Shown piece after piece: positions 11,343 through 22,950 of a stretch of 64,000 nt of DNA. The first letter of the stretch is position 1. Every line of letters starts with the position of its first letter. This DNA is from Salmo salar. Lineage: Eukaryota. The notes under the pieces were generated by a model. It was not told the DNA's origin, searched no databases, and was given only the letters and a program-made list of their open reading frames with translations. The DNA lies in contig NC_059455.1 in the NCBI RefSeq assembly GCF_905237065.1, forward strand, positions 34,224,034 through 34,288,033, in the 5' to 3' direction. Position numbers and translations under genes: made by a program.

Positions 11343-11539
11343 CTGTATGAGAGAGAGGTGTGTGTGTGTGTGTGTGTTAGAGAAAGCGAAACAGGGTGAG
11401 TGACGGGGTGGAGAAAGAGTAATGCATCATCACTATAACAAACAAGGAATCGCAAACATTGCCCTTTGAAGTGTTGAGGTGGGTATAGACTGTCTGTAGT
11501 TAATGATTCCTTCACTCATTAATGATTACACCCGCAGTT

Positions 11540-11830
11540 AAAAGACCATGGCACATACATGTAACTGCCAAAATAAAGAAAACACCAATATACTGTAAAG
11601 TGTTAATAGGGCGTTGGCCCAACACAAACTGCCAGAACAGCTTCAATGCGCCCTGGCATAGATTCTACAAGTGTCTGGAACTCGACACCCTTCTTCCATG
11701 AGAAAATCCATAATTTGGTGTTTTGTTGATGGTGGGGGAGTCGCAGTCTCAAGCAACACTCCAGAATCTCCCACAAGTGTTCAATTGGGTTGAGATTTGG
11801 TGACCGAGACACACACACACCCTTTAAACC
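11540..11830 (-). mobile_element. Tc1 transposase C-terminal fragment
   Basis: ORF 11603..11818(-) '[15 protein letters not shown]...MPGRIEAVLA..GPTPY'. Confidence 0.7.
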
Positions 11831-11994
11831 CCCTATTTGTATTTATTATGGATCCCCTGACAGAGTACTCTTCCTGGGGTCCAGAAAAATTAAGGCAGAT
11901 TATACAATTTTAAAAACATTACATTCACAGACTGTGTGCCCTCAGGCCTCTATTCCACCACCCTATGCTCCTTTGAAAGTCACTGAGATCTTAA

Positions 11995-12130
11995 GGCTCC
12001 CGAATGGCGCAGCGGTCTAAGGCACTACATCTCAGTGCTAGAGGTGTCATTACAGACCCTGGTTTGATCCCGGGCTGTATCACAACCGGCTGTGATCGGG
12101 AGTCCCATAGGGCGGTGCATAATTGCACAG
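11995..12130 (+). mobile_element. Salmonid SINE head fragment (tRNA-like)
   Basis: 'cccgaatggcgcagcggtctaaggcactacatctcagtgctagaggtgtcattacagaccctggtttgatcccgggctgtatcacaaccggctgtgatcgggagtcccatagggcggtgcataattg'. Confidence 0.7.
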
Positions 12131-12780
12131 GAACCGCACCAGCTTTGAATATAATTTGTATCTCTCATTTATCCAAGTGTTTCCTTTATTTTGGGGCATG
12201 TTACCTGTATACGAGTTATTCCGTTCATTTCAACCACACAAGAACAAGGACACAGACCCACAGAGGAATGCAATCAAACTCGCACACAGGCTCACACATT
12301 TCTAGTGAACACAAAAAAGGACTCGTTGTGACCTATTTTAAAACGGGGGAAACAGACAGGCGCACACAGGGCCTCAGACAGAGGTCGTTTGTGCCACAAA
12401 GCTGTGTTACTTGCTTTTCCTGTTCATGGCATTCATTGACCTTTATCACACCTCAGTTTAGCAGTTATGCGAAGGCCAATATTACACTGACAGAGTGCAC
12501 TTACCACAAAGGAAGCTTAATTTTAAACACAGGTATAGGCCTACACATGCTACAAAAATGTGTTTGTTGAAACACTCACTACTAATCAAAACAAAAAGAT
12601 ACAGCAGGGAAGTAGCCTGCACTTTGTTTTCCACAGAATGTTACGCTACTACATTTCTATGATGCCGATCCGTACTTGTCACCACTCCCTTTCCTTATAG
12701 TGTCATGGTTATACACCATACAAATGTGAAGCCTAATTGTATTTTAAAAAAAATAAAAAATAAACATTCCCAAATCTTAC

Positions 12781-12844
12781 CAAATGCCCATAGCACCAAC
12801 CACGCTGTGCCCCACTGGCTCGGGCCCCGGACAGGTAACTCCAT
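12781..12844 (-). CDS. nectin4: nectin-4-like gene, exon 1 (start codon plus signal peptide MELPVRGPSQWGTAWLVLWAF-G)
   Basis: ORF 12695..12913(-) contains 'MELPVRGPSQWGTAWLVLWAFG' immediately followed by a 'gtaaga' donor. Phase 1 joins exactly with V-domain exon 1, giving a continuous reading frame. The hydrophobic core is signal-peptide-like. Confidence 0.65.
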
Positions 12845-13799
12845 CCCTTGATTCAGTGGCACTCCCAAAATCAATCTTAGGGTTTTCCAAAATCTATCCA
12901 AGTTCAACAACAAGCTTCAAAATGGTATGAAATAATGCATTTTCGTCATCTCATTATTATTATTAGAAACATGAGAGTAACGTGTTGCCATTGGAGTAGC
13001 CTATTTGGAGAAACATTTGTAGACAAGTTTACGGTGGACTGTGCGTCAGGTGTTCGTGTCTCTTCGTAGTTCTTGCCAATAAAACCAAAGCTGCTCGATT
13101 TATTTACAGTAGCACACAAATTGTGTACACATTTTCTACAGTATAACTACATTCCAAATATTCAGTAACAAGAAAGAAGGTCCCAACTTTTCGGTTTACT
13201 TTTCAAACATTTCTTTCGCTCACACTCTCCAGGAATTCGTAGTCCGTAGCCTACCTGACGCACGAGGTAAAACGTTAATTCCAACTCGAACAGTTGCAAA
13301 ACACCAGACAATCGGGTAACACAACATCGGAACAGAATTAGATTAAGTCACTAGCCTACACAAGACTAACATTCTTCTGTGAAATGTCTCTAATTCTCGA
13401 ATTTACACTTTGCTCAAGCTTTTGCATTCCATTGTTGTATACATATGTTACTGCCTGCGTCTCTCTCCACCCCCTAATTATCATACGTAAAGTAGCCTCC
13501 TTTTTTGTCTTTTAAGTCTGACCATACAACAGTGAATTATTTTATTTGACACAATGCAATGCACAATACTGTACACCTAATTTATAAGTGGTCTATTCTC
13601 AAATGGCTCTAGTCGTGTTTAAATCTAAACGTATTTGGCCAGATTAATGGAAATTACTATTGAATCAGATAAAATCTCAATTCAATAAGTAAAGTTGACG
13701 TCTAATTGGTCACTTTCACTCTTACTGAGGTCTACAGTCATATATTGGCCCGGAATTGTAGATGTTATGTTTGATATTAATTATGGGTATTCACAAGGG

Positions 13800-13925
13800 G
13801 GCGGCTTGTAGCCTAGTGCTTAGAGCGTTGGACTTGAAACCGAAAGGTTGCAAGATCGAATCTGTTGTTCTGCCCCTGAACAAGGCAGTTAACCCACGGT
13901 TCCTATGCCGTCATTAAACATTTAA
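13800..13925 (+). mobile_element. SINE fragment (tRNA-like head)
   Basis: 'gcggcttgtagcctagtgcttagagcgttggacttgaaaccgaaaggttgcaagatcgaatc...gttaacccacggttcctatgccgtcatt'. Confidence 0.6.
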
Positions 13926-14744
13926 AAAAGGATGATGCTGTTGTTACAAAAATGCATGATATAAGGTCTAAATTTGTCCTTCCTGTTTCAGTTCAAGACC
14001 ATTTTGAAAAAGTAAACAGGTTGGTTGAGGTTCACAGACATGTATTTTACTACCAGGACTAGAATGTTATTGTGTTTTTGGTCTTGTGAGTTCATGTTAC
14101 TGTGGAGATGAAATCTGGCATATTGCTGATTCTCTATTATTTTATTTAGATATTTTTTGATTTGAACCTTTATTTAACTATTGAAGTGGTTATTGTTTTG
14201 AATTTGTTTTGAATACAGTTCCATGACCAGTTATTTGTGTATGTAAATAATGGTGATGCATGAGATATTGTAGCCTAGGAGACACTTGTGCTTCTTTTCC
14301 AGTGAGGATGTACCCCAGTGTTTTACCCAAAAGTCTCAGACTTTTCTGTTTCTATATACCTGGGCCGGCACCCGTATCTCACTGGGCCATGGCTCTGTCG
14401 GACCAGCTCAATCTTGGAGCCAAGGCAAGGCCCTGGGTACTTTTCAGCCCTATTTACATAACAATGGCTAACTGTGAACTTCAATACCTTCAACCAAAGG
14501 TTGTTGATTCGGCTCGCCACAAGTATTGATGGAAACACAATAACATCAAAGGGGAATTTCACCTTGGCTCTGCCCCGGCATATAGTCATTACTATATTAA
14601 CAACATTACAATTTTATCATAAACACAATTATCCAAACCACAAGCTAATACTTGCACATTTTCATTTCACTGGTAGAATCGTGAAGTTTTAACTTCCTAT
14701 GTATGAGTCTGCTCATAGTCAACCACAAAGTCTGGCACTCCAGG

Positions 14745-14940
14745 GTGGCAAGGTAGCCTAGTGGTTAGAGTGTTGGACTAGTAACTGAAAGGTTGCAGGT
14801 TTGAATCCCTGAGCTGACAAGGTACAAATCTGTTGTTGTACCCCTGAACAAGGTAGTTAACCCACTGTTCCTAGGCTGTCATTGAAAATAAGAATTTGTT
14901 CTTAACTGACTTGCCTAGTTAAATGAAGGTAAAAAAAAAA
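14745..14940 (+). mobile_element. Complete SINE with the LINE-derived tail and poly-A
   Basis: 'ggtggcaaggtagcctagtggttagagtgttggactagtaactgaaaggttgcaggtttgaatccc...gtcattgaaaataagaatttgttcttaactgacttgcctagttaaatgaaggtaaaaaaaaaa'. Confidence 0.8.
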
Positions 14941-15349
14941 CACAGCAATCTCAGAATTTCTGTGTGCCAGATTTCTTTAGACAATATTTGCTTGTCATCA
15001 TACCTGTGTGGTGTTCTGTGCCTGGCTGTGCTAATTACAAACAAGCACGAAAACATGTTATCTTTCACCGTTCTATCTACCAGAGATTTACCACAATTCT
15101 GCCAGTGGCTTGCATCTATCAAGAATGATGCTGCTTGCGGTGACCAAAGATTATCAGAGGGATTTTCAGGCTGAACTGATGGGGAATCCATTTTGACGAC
15201 AGCTGAGAAGTGATGCGATACCATCGATTTTTTTCCTTCACAACAAAATGGAAGATTCTCAATTAGAGGTAACCTAACATTAGCTAGCTTACTAGCCTAG
15301 CTGGACTAGCTAAGCTAGCTAGCTAGCTAATGTTACAAAATCAAATCAA

Positions 15350-15700
15350 ATCAAATGTTATTTGTCACAATACAACAGACCTTACAGTGAAATGCTTACT
15401 TATAAACCCTTAACCAATAATGCAGTTTTAAGAAAATACAAAAAAAGTAACAAATAGAAGTAATAAATAATTACAGTGCAGAAGTACGGTGACAATAGCG
15501 AGGCTATATACAGGGGGTACTGGTACAGAGTCAATGTGCAGGGGCACCGGTTAGTTGAGGTATTGTAGGTAATATGTACATGTAGGTAGAGTTATTAAAG
15601 TGACTATGCATAGATAATAACAGAGTAGCAGCAGCGTAAAAGGGGGGACACAATGCAAATAGTCTGGGTAGCCATTTGATTAGATGTTCAGGAGTCTTAT
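15350..15700 (-). mobile_element. 3' UTR/tail fragment of the Rex/CR1-like LINE family, same family as the element at 24640-27800
   Basis: About 85% identical to 24640-24900 ('ggctatatacagggggtactggtacagagtcaatgtgcaggggcac...caatgcaaatagtctgggtagccatttgattag'). Terminal (CAAAT)n at 15340-15360. Confidence 0.6.
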
Positions 15701-16439
15701 GGCTGCAAATAAACAATGATTCATTTAAGATTGACTTCGAGTGTCCCTGTGTAAGAATTTTTCCACAACATATATTGAACTCTGAAAGCCATCAGCTAAA
15801 TCGTATAGCTAAATTATTTGGTATACACACTGTCAATCAATTTCGCCAATGCCATGGTAGTCACTGCTAGACTGTTAACTACCTTCAGCAGAGTAAACAT
15901 GTTTGTTTGTTCATTCTATCTTTGACTGACTTTAGCTAACATAAGCTACCTAATGTTAGCAAATAAGAGTAGCTCAATCTGGTAACCATCTATTCCACCC
16001 TTGTCTGGAAAACACTCCGTTACTACAAATATAATTGTTGCTATAGCTAACTCACCCTCTGTTTGTGTGTTGGTAACGTTAGCAATGATGAATGTGTATA
16101 AATCGTCTATGGTTGGTTAGTTGGTTGTCAGACAGTCTCAACTGGATAGCAATCTTGCTGCCAATTTAGTGATGCTAGTTAGTTAACAGCAAGTAGACAG
16201 TATTGAAATGTCCATGTTAGGTATGCTAAGCTAGCCAGTCTAATAGAGATCAATACAGTTAGTGGGGTGGTTAAACTGTGTATTTTGTTGTAGGTGGTAC
16301 ATAATCTGATTCCACCAACATGCTCTTCCAACCCCTAGCTTTGCACAAGGTAAAGGTAAGGTATTTACAAACAAATAGTCTGGGTAGCCATTTGATTAGC
16401 TGTTCAGGAGTCTTATGGCTTGGGGGTAGAAGCTTTCCA

Positions 16440-18950
16440 TACTTGCAACGTGAATTGGTGACCACGGTCGGAGATTATGTCAGTTGGAAAGCCATAGTGC
16501 CGAAGACCTGCTGGAACAATGCCTCAGCGACCCAGAGAGCGGTAGGGAGACATGAGAAAGGGATAAAATGGCAGGATATGGACAATCTGTCCACAAAAAA
16601 CCTAACGGTGGTGAAACCATCAGACAAGGGAAGATCAGTAATAAAATCTATAGATAGATGGGACCAAAGCCGCTGAGGCAAGGGAAAGGGAAAGAGTCTC
16701 CCTGCTGGGTGGAGAATATGTCCACAAAAAACCTAACAGTGGTGAAACCATCAGACAAGGGAAGATCAGTAATAAAATCTATAGATAGATGGGACCAAAG
16801 CCGCTGAGGCAAGGGAAAGGGAAGGAGTCTCCCTGCTGGGGCGTGCCGGGGAGACTTGGTTTGATCACATACAGAGCAGGAGTTGATGTGGCGGTGACGT
16901 CCTGCGCCAAGGTGGGCCACCAGTACTTCACGGAGATGGATTGAGTGGTGTGGGTGATACCTGGGTGTCCAGCAGCAAGGGATGTGTGCGCCCAGTTCAA
17001 TAGCCAATCCCTTACCTCCGTAGGAACGCTCCTGAGGACAGGTAGCAGGCACGGATCCCTCTCCAGAGCCTGGTGTATGTCCACTTCTATGTCCCAAAGC
17101 ACGAGTGCAACGAATTGGGAGGGCTGTATGATGGGCACACTCAGGACTGGAACCTCTCCTGAATCATGGAGATGGGACAGGGCATCGACTTTGATGTTCT
17201 TTGAACCTGGGCAGTATGACAGGGTGAAGTTGAATCTTGTAAAGAAAAGGGCCCATCTTCCTTGACGCGGGTTCAGCCGCTTCACTGTCCGTATGTACTC
17301 CAGGTTCCAATGGTCATTGAAGATGAGAAACGGGTCCGTGGCTCCACTCATCTAATGCCAACTTCACCTACAGGAGCTCCTGATCACCGATGTCATAGTT
17401 CCTTTCTGCAGAAGACAGTTTTTTAGAGTATGCACATGGATACAATTCTTGTGGATTAACTTGAGGTTGTGACAGGACGGCCCCCACACCCACTTCTTAG
17501 GCATCCACCTCCACCACGACGGGCAGCGTAGGATCTGGGTGTTTCAGCAGTAGGCAGAAGGCCTCATCGGCTGCAGGATTCCACACCAACCTACGGGGAG
17601 CACCTTTGAGGAGAGAGGTGAGAGGAGAGGCGATGAAGCTGAAGTTCCTAATGAAGTGGCGGTAGAAGTTGGCAAACCCCCAAAAACGTTGTTGTCCCTT
17701 TATGGTGGTTGGGACTGGCCATGACCTGACTATATTTATCTTCCTCTCCTCCATAACCACTCCCTGTGGGCTGATCCGATATCCCAAGAAGGAGACAGCG
17801 GCCTGTTGGAACTGGCACTTCTCCACTTTGACATACAGATGGTTCTCCAGGAGGCGTGCCAGGACTCCCCCGATGTGGGCAATGTGCTACTCCAAGGTGG
17901 CCGAGAAAATCAGGATGTTGTTGATTTATACGACCACCTGATGCCCAAGCATGTCCCGAAACACCTCGTTCAGTAATGCCTGGAACACTGACAGAGCATT
18001 GGCTAATCCATAAGGCATCACCAAGTACTCGTAGTGCCCAGACATCGTGCTGAAGGCCGTCTTCCATTCATCCCCCTCCTGGATGCAGATGAAATTGTAG
18101 GCACTACGCAGGTCCAGCTTGGTAAAGAAAAACAGGCCTTGCGGAGCTGTTCAATGGTGGCCGGCATCAATTGGAGGGGGTAGCGGTACTTGGTGGTGAT
18201 GGCATTGAGACCTCTGTAGTCAATACATGGACGAAGACCCCCCTCCTTCTTGGCCACGAAGAAGAAACCTGCCGACGCAGGGGAAGTGGATGGGCAGATG
18301 AAATCTTGTTGGAGAGCCTCCTTGATGTATTCCTCCATAGCCTTGCTTTCAGCCACCGACAGTGGGTAGATGCAGAGTCTGTTAGCAGGTCGATGGCACA
18401 GTCCCAGGGGCAATGAAGAAGGAGACAGGTGGCGAGGGTCTTGGAGAAAACCTCCCTGAGAACCTGGTAAACCTCCAGGATGTCGGCCTGGAGGGCAACC
18501 ATAGGACTCTCAACTGACGTGGAACCACAGGGTAAAGGAAAGCAGGTCTTCTGACATCCGGGTGCCCAGGCCGTGGTCTCCATCCTCGAGCAGGAGATGG
18601 TGGGGTTGTGGCTTGGGAGCCCTACGAGGCCGAGGATGACTTTGTGTACGGGTGCCTGGATGATGAGGAGGGAAGGTTTTCTTGGTGCAGAGGTCCCACG
18701 CATTTGGATGGAATCCCATCATATTTGTCTGGAAGAGACAAAAGGGCATCGCTAACCTGGGAAGACTGCTGAATGGACTGGGGTGCTGGCTCGCTGGGTC
18801 GACTCATTGTAGAAGATCCTCCGCTCGTTAGGGGTGACGTCCTTTGAGGAATATCTAGACGTAGAAGAACGCAGAGGACCTCATCCATAGCCATCCCTAG
18901 TTGCACCAGCTGGTCGTGGTGTTGGCAAAGTAGGTCGCCCTTGTTTGCCG
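16440..18950 (-). mobile_element. Ty3/gypsy LTR-retrotransposon pol fragment (protease-RT-RNaseH-integrase), frameshifted, with an internal 136-bp tandem duplication
   Basis: ORFs 18018..18413(-) RT ('[33 protein letters not shown]'), 17497..17826(-) ('[50 protein letters not shown]'), 16779..17351(-) ('FFTRFNFTLSYCPGSKNIKVDALSH') and 16648..17097(-) integrase ('CSVCDQTKSPRHAPAGRLLPFPLPQRLWSHLSIDFITDLP'). Confidence 0.8.
16592..16863. repeat. Tandem duplication of about 136 bp inside the gypsy integrase region
   Basis: 'gacaatctgtccacaaaaaacctaacggtggtgaaaccatcagacaagggaagatcagtaataaaatctatagatagatgggaccaaagccgctgaggcaagggaaagggaa' occurs twice in tandem. ORFs 16475..16681(-) and 16648..17097(-) share the 'LPFPLPQRLWSHLSIDFITDLPLSDGFTTVRFFVD' segment. 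Confidence 0.85.
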
Positions 18951-20339
18951 ACGATCAAGGAGATGTTTCCGTTGGCTGCTGCTTCCATTCTGTGAGGTAG
19001 TATTCAGTAACGGAGATGCATAACAAGTTAGCAGGCGCCAGGCTAACTAGCTAGCAAACTCTAGTCATGTGCTAATGTTTGCTGGTAAACCTAGCTTTAG
19101 TTGGCTGGTTGTAATGTTGTAGCTTGCTGTTTAGTAGCCATACCTACAACTAAAAAAAGAAGAGGTTTTACAATCGAGATACAAAAGATCTCCAATTGTA
19201 AAACCTCTTCTAATTTTAGGTATAGATATGACTACCGGTAGTTGTTTAGCTAACTTAGCTACCAAAATAGTTAGCTAGATATTACAGAAAAATTATTAGA
19301 TTTCCCCCCACTGTAGCAAAATAGTATGTTAGCCAGCAATACACAATATGGGTTTCAGTAGATAAACTAAAGTTAGCTAGCTAGGTGGCTTGCAGGAAAA
19401 ATAACTTACTTAGCTTCTTCAGGATTGGTGGGTCCCCCATGGGACGGTTGAGCTAACGTAGGCTAATGCGATTAGCATGAGGTTGTAAGTAACAAGAAAA
19501 TTTCCCAGGACACAGACATATCTGATATGGGCAGAAAGCTTAAATTCTTGTTAATCTAACTGCACTGTCAAATTTACAGTAGCTATTACAGTAGCTATTA
19601 CAGTGATGCTATTATTTGAGGAGAGTGCACAGTTATGAACTTGAAAAGTTATTAATAAACCAATTAGGCACATTTGGGCAGTCTTGATACAACATTTTGA
19701 ACAGAAATACAATGGTTCATTGGATCAGTTTAAAACTTTGCACATACACTGCTGCCATCTAGTGGCGAAAATCTAAATTGCACCTGGGCTGGAATAATGC
19801 ATTATGGTCTTTCTCTTGCATTTCAAAGATGATGGTCCAATTTTTTTTTTTAAATGGTTGATTTTTTTGGTATTTTCTTTTACAAGATCTGCCGCTTCTA
19901 ACATCATTAGTTAGCTAAATCCAACTCTTTGTTTCAAATCCTCTTCGCTATATTCCGGTGGAAACATATATGGTTGAATGTCACCATATAGCTAATAGAA
20001 CATAAAAAAAAATTGAATTCTTGTTGATGAGAGGAATCACTTGAAACCATTGCGCTTGGTCAGTTCTTTCAGTTTTGCCCAAAGGATTGTGTTTGAAAAG
20101 GAGTGTCTGCCTCCTTTTCAAAAAAGTCTGCCTTGGGGGAGGGACGGTTGCCAGAGCACGAAGCACTGCCCAACACAAGTTGTAGTCTTCCAGAAACTGG
20201 AAAAAATGTATCTGCTTGTACATTTAGCAATGAATCAAATGTTATTTGTCTCATGCGCCGAATACAACAGGTAGACCTTACAGTGAAATGCTTACTTACA
20301 AGCCCTTAACCAACAATTCAGTTTTAAGAAAAATAAATG

Positions 20340-21940
20340 TTAAGTAGAAATGTATAAGTCAGGTACTCAGCAGGAAGGTCTGATTTCACTATTATTAAAA
20401 CAAGACCCAGATGGAAATATAAAGATCCAGTCTATCTTAAAAACTGGAGGCCTCTTACACTTCAATGTTGTGATGCAAAAATACTAGAGAAATGCATAGC
20501 ACTCAGAATTAAAAAGTTTTACCAGGTATTGTTCATCCTGATCAGACAGGTCTTTTACATGGACGATACATTGGAGATAATATACGACAACTACTAGAAA
20601 TAATAGAACATAATGAAACATCTAAGAAGCCAGGCCTGGTATTTATAGCGGATTTTGAAAAAGCCTTTGATAAATACTGGATTTTATTTAGAAATGCCTG
20701 GAGTTTTACAATTTAGGTGATTCTCTTATAAAATGGGTAAAAGCAACGTATAGCAACCCCAGGTGTAAAATAGTAAATAGCAGCTATTTCTCAGAGAGTT
20801 TTGAATTGTCAAGAGGAGTTAAACAAGGGTGTCCGCTGTTACCATATCTATTCGTTATGGCCATCGAAATGCTAGCTATTAAAATTAGATCAAATAACAT
20901 TAGATGATTAGAAATCCAAGGCTTAAAAACGAAGGTGTCCATGTATGCCAATGACTCAAGTTTTATATTAAGTCCGCAAGCTAGATCCCTGCAATGTCTT
21001 ATTGAAGATCTAGATAACTTTTCTGGACTAAAACCTAATTTTGCTAAGTGTACAATATTACGTATTGTATCTTTAAAACTTTTACATTACTCTGCAGTTT
21101 ACCTATGAAATGGGCTGACGGTGAAGTGGACATGCATGGTATTCATATCGCAAAAGATATGAGCTCTCCACAATGAATTTCAATAGAAAACTTGTAAAAA
21201 TAGACAAGATCCTGCAACCATGGAGAGTTAAATACTTGTCTATTTATGGAAAATGTGCCTTGATTAACTCCTTAGTCATATCTCAGTTTACTCACTTATG
21301 ACGCTGCCTACACCTGATGATTCGTTTTTCAAATCATATGGGCAAAAAATATTTTGCTTTATCTAGGATGCTAAACCAGACAAGATAAAGCATGCCTATC
21401 AATGTAATGAATTGGGTGGGTTGAGATTATTAAATATAAAAGCACTAAACCTCTCTCTAAAAGCTTCACTTAAGTTTTACTTGAACCCTAAATGGTTCTC
21501 AAGTAGATTACTAAGAAAAGCTCCTCCATTGTTTAAAAATTGCCTTTTTGCAGATTGCCATGTCTCATTTTCAATTAATTGAGATGATACTTTTTTCAAA
21601 GTGTCTCTTTCAAACAAGCATTGCAGAGCTGGCTATAATTTCAATTTCATCCCCCTGAAAAGAAAGAACAAATATCATGGCTGAACTCAAATGTGCTGGT
21701 TGATAAAATACCTGTATTTATGGGAAAGGTGTTTGAAAAGGGTATTTTGTTTTTAAATGATATTGTAAATTGGAATGGTAGAGTTATGTCTTTCATGGAG
21801 TTATCAGAATTGTATGGGAAGGTCTGCTCAATCCAAGATTGCAACCAATTGATTACAGCAGTACCCCAAAAATGGAGGAGGCAGGTGGCAGCAGGAGGAG
21901 GTAGAGAACTCATCTGTCTGCCCAATATAACAGATCTGTA
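20340..21940 (+). mobile_element. L1/Tx1-like LINE ORF2 (RT) fragment, AT-rich with many stops
   Basis: Frame-shifted translation 'YLKNWRPLTLQCCDAKILEKCIALRIKKVLPGIVHPDQTGLLHGRYIGDNIRQLLEIIEH...FIADFEKAFD' and ORF 21693..21941(+) '...LITAVPQKWRRQV'. Continues at 22960-23230 ('CTFCCEDTESIDHLFWYCPQVACFWSQVQELLK'). Confidence 0.7.
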
Positions 21941-22950
21941 ACGAGCGCCCTGAGAGTCGGGAAGCAAGTACATGGAGTGAGTGTTTTAATAAATAACATG
22001 AAACACAAACAATGCACCGACATGAAAACAGAGTCAATAACACCTGAGGAAAGAACCGAGGGGAGTGACAGATATAGGGAAGATAATCAAGGAGGTGATG
22101 GAGTCCAGGTGAGTGTCATGAGGCGCACGAGACGATGGTGACAGGTGTGCGGGATAATCAGCAGCCTGATGACCTAGCGGCCGGAGAGGGAGTATACGTG
22201 ACAGTACCCCCTCCCCGACGCGCAGCTCCAGCCACAGGACGCCGTCAAAGGGGACGAACCTGGGGATCAGGAGCAGTGGACCGGTCACCCCTACAGATGC
22301 GCGAGGACCTGTCACGCCAGCTGAGGCACTGGAACCTGTCGAGTCAGCTGGGGCGCGGGAACCGGACAGATCGGTTGAGGCAGGGGAGCCTGCTGATCCG
22401 GCTGAGGCATGAGAACATGACGAACCAGTGGAAGCATGGGAGCCTGGCGATCCGGCGGAGGCATGAAAGCCCGATGAGTTGGCTGAGGCAGGGGAGCCTG
22501 GCGATCCAGCTAAGGCATGAAAGCCCGACGAGCTGTCTGAGGCAGGGGAGCCTGGCGATCCGGCTGAGGCAGGGAAGCCTGTCGATCTGGTTGAGGCATG
22601 AGAGCCTGTAGCAGTTCCCGGACCCGATATCATTACTCTGACACAAAAAATAAAACACTCCATGATGCTTCCCTTAGGTGAGGTGTTATTCTGTAACGAG
22701 TGCGCTGAGAGTCGGGAACAAGTTCAGGGAGAAGGTGTTTTAATAAATTAAAGAAACAATGACCACGATACACAAACAACGCACCAACTTGAAAATAGAG
22801 TCAAAAACACCTGAGGAAAGAACCAAGGGGAGTGACAGATATAGGGAAGATAATCAAGAAGGTGATGGAGTTCAGGTGAGTGTCATGAGGCGCAGGTGTG
22901 CGAGACGATGGTGACAGGTGTGCGGGATAATCAGCAGCCTGATGACCTAG
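21938..22950. repeat. Composite insertion in the L1-like LINE: two direct repeats of about 250 bp (21938-22185, 22689-22950) flanking a 27-bp minisatellite (about 22340-22600, about 10 units)
   Basis: The direct repeats both start 'ctgtaacgag.gc.ctgagagtcgggaa' and end 'ataatcagcagcctgatgacctag', at about 88% identity. The internal unit 'ctgaggcaggggagcctggcgatccgg' alternates with 'ctgaggcatgaaagcccgatgagttgg'. The period is 27 bp (9 codons), so three overlapping stop-free ORFs occur on both strands. Confidence 0.8.

Noticed and set aside
11995-12130. tRNA-like sequences at 11995-12130, 13800-13925, 14745-14830 and 41877-41950 as possible tRNA genes
   Set aside because: They are SINE heads (tRNA-derived promoters with degenerate A and B boxes followed by SINE body and LINE-derived tail). 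They do not fold to a complete cloverleaf and have no CCA/terminator context.
12004-12570. 188-aa ORF on the + strand
   Set aside because: Begins inside a SINE head and runs through unique low-complexity DNA. No motifs, and an opposite-strand nectin-4 exon 1 lies nearby.
15230-16260. (GCTA/AGCT)-rich low-complexity tracts, also at 19020-19440, 31140-31280, 35880-35960 and 61660-61900, as possible satellite or CRISPR-like arrays
   Set aside because: Irregular 'tagctagctaac...' simple-sequence with no fixed unit or spacers. They often sit at the 5' side of LINE copies (for example 35880 before the LINE at 36150), so they are probably LINE 5'-UTR low-complexity. Not CRISPR.
22034-22663. Three long overlapping ORFs (209 aa -, 158 aa +, 104 aa -) suggesting a novel repeat protein
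   Set aside because: They coincide exactly with a 27-bp minisatellite. A period divisible by 3 plus GC-rich units gives stop-free frames by chance. Overlapping ORFs on both strands are an artefact signature.
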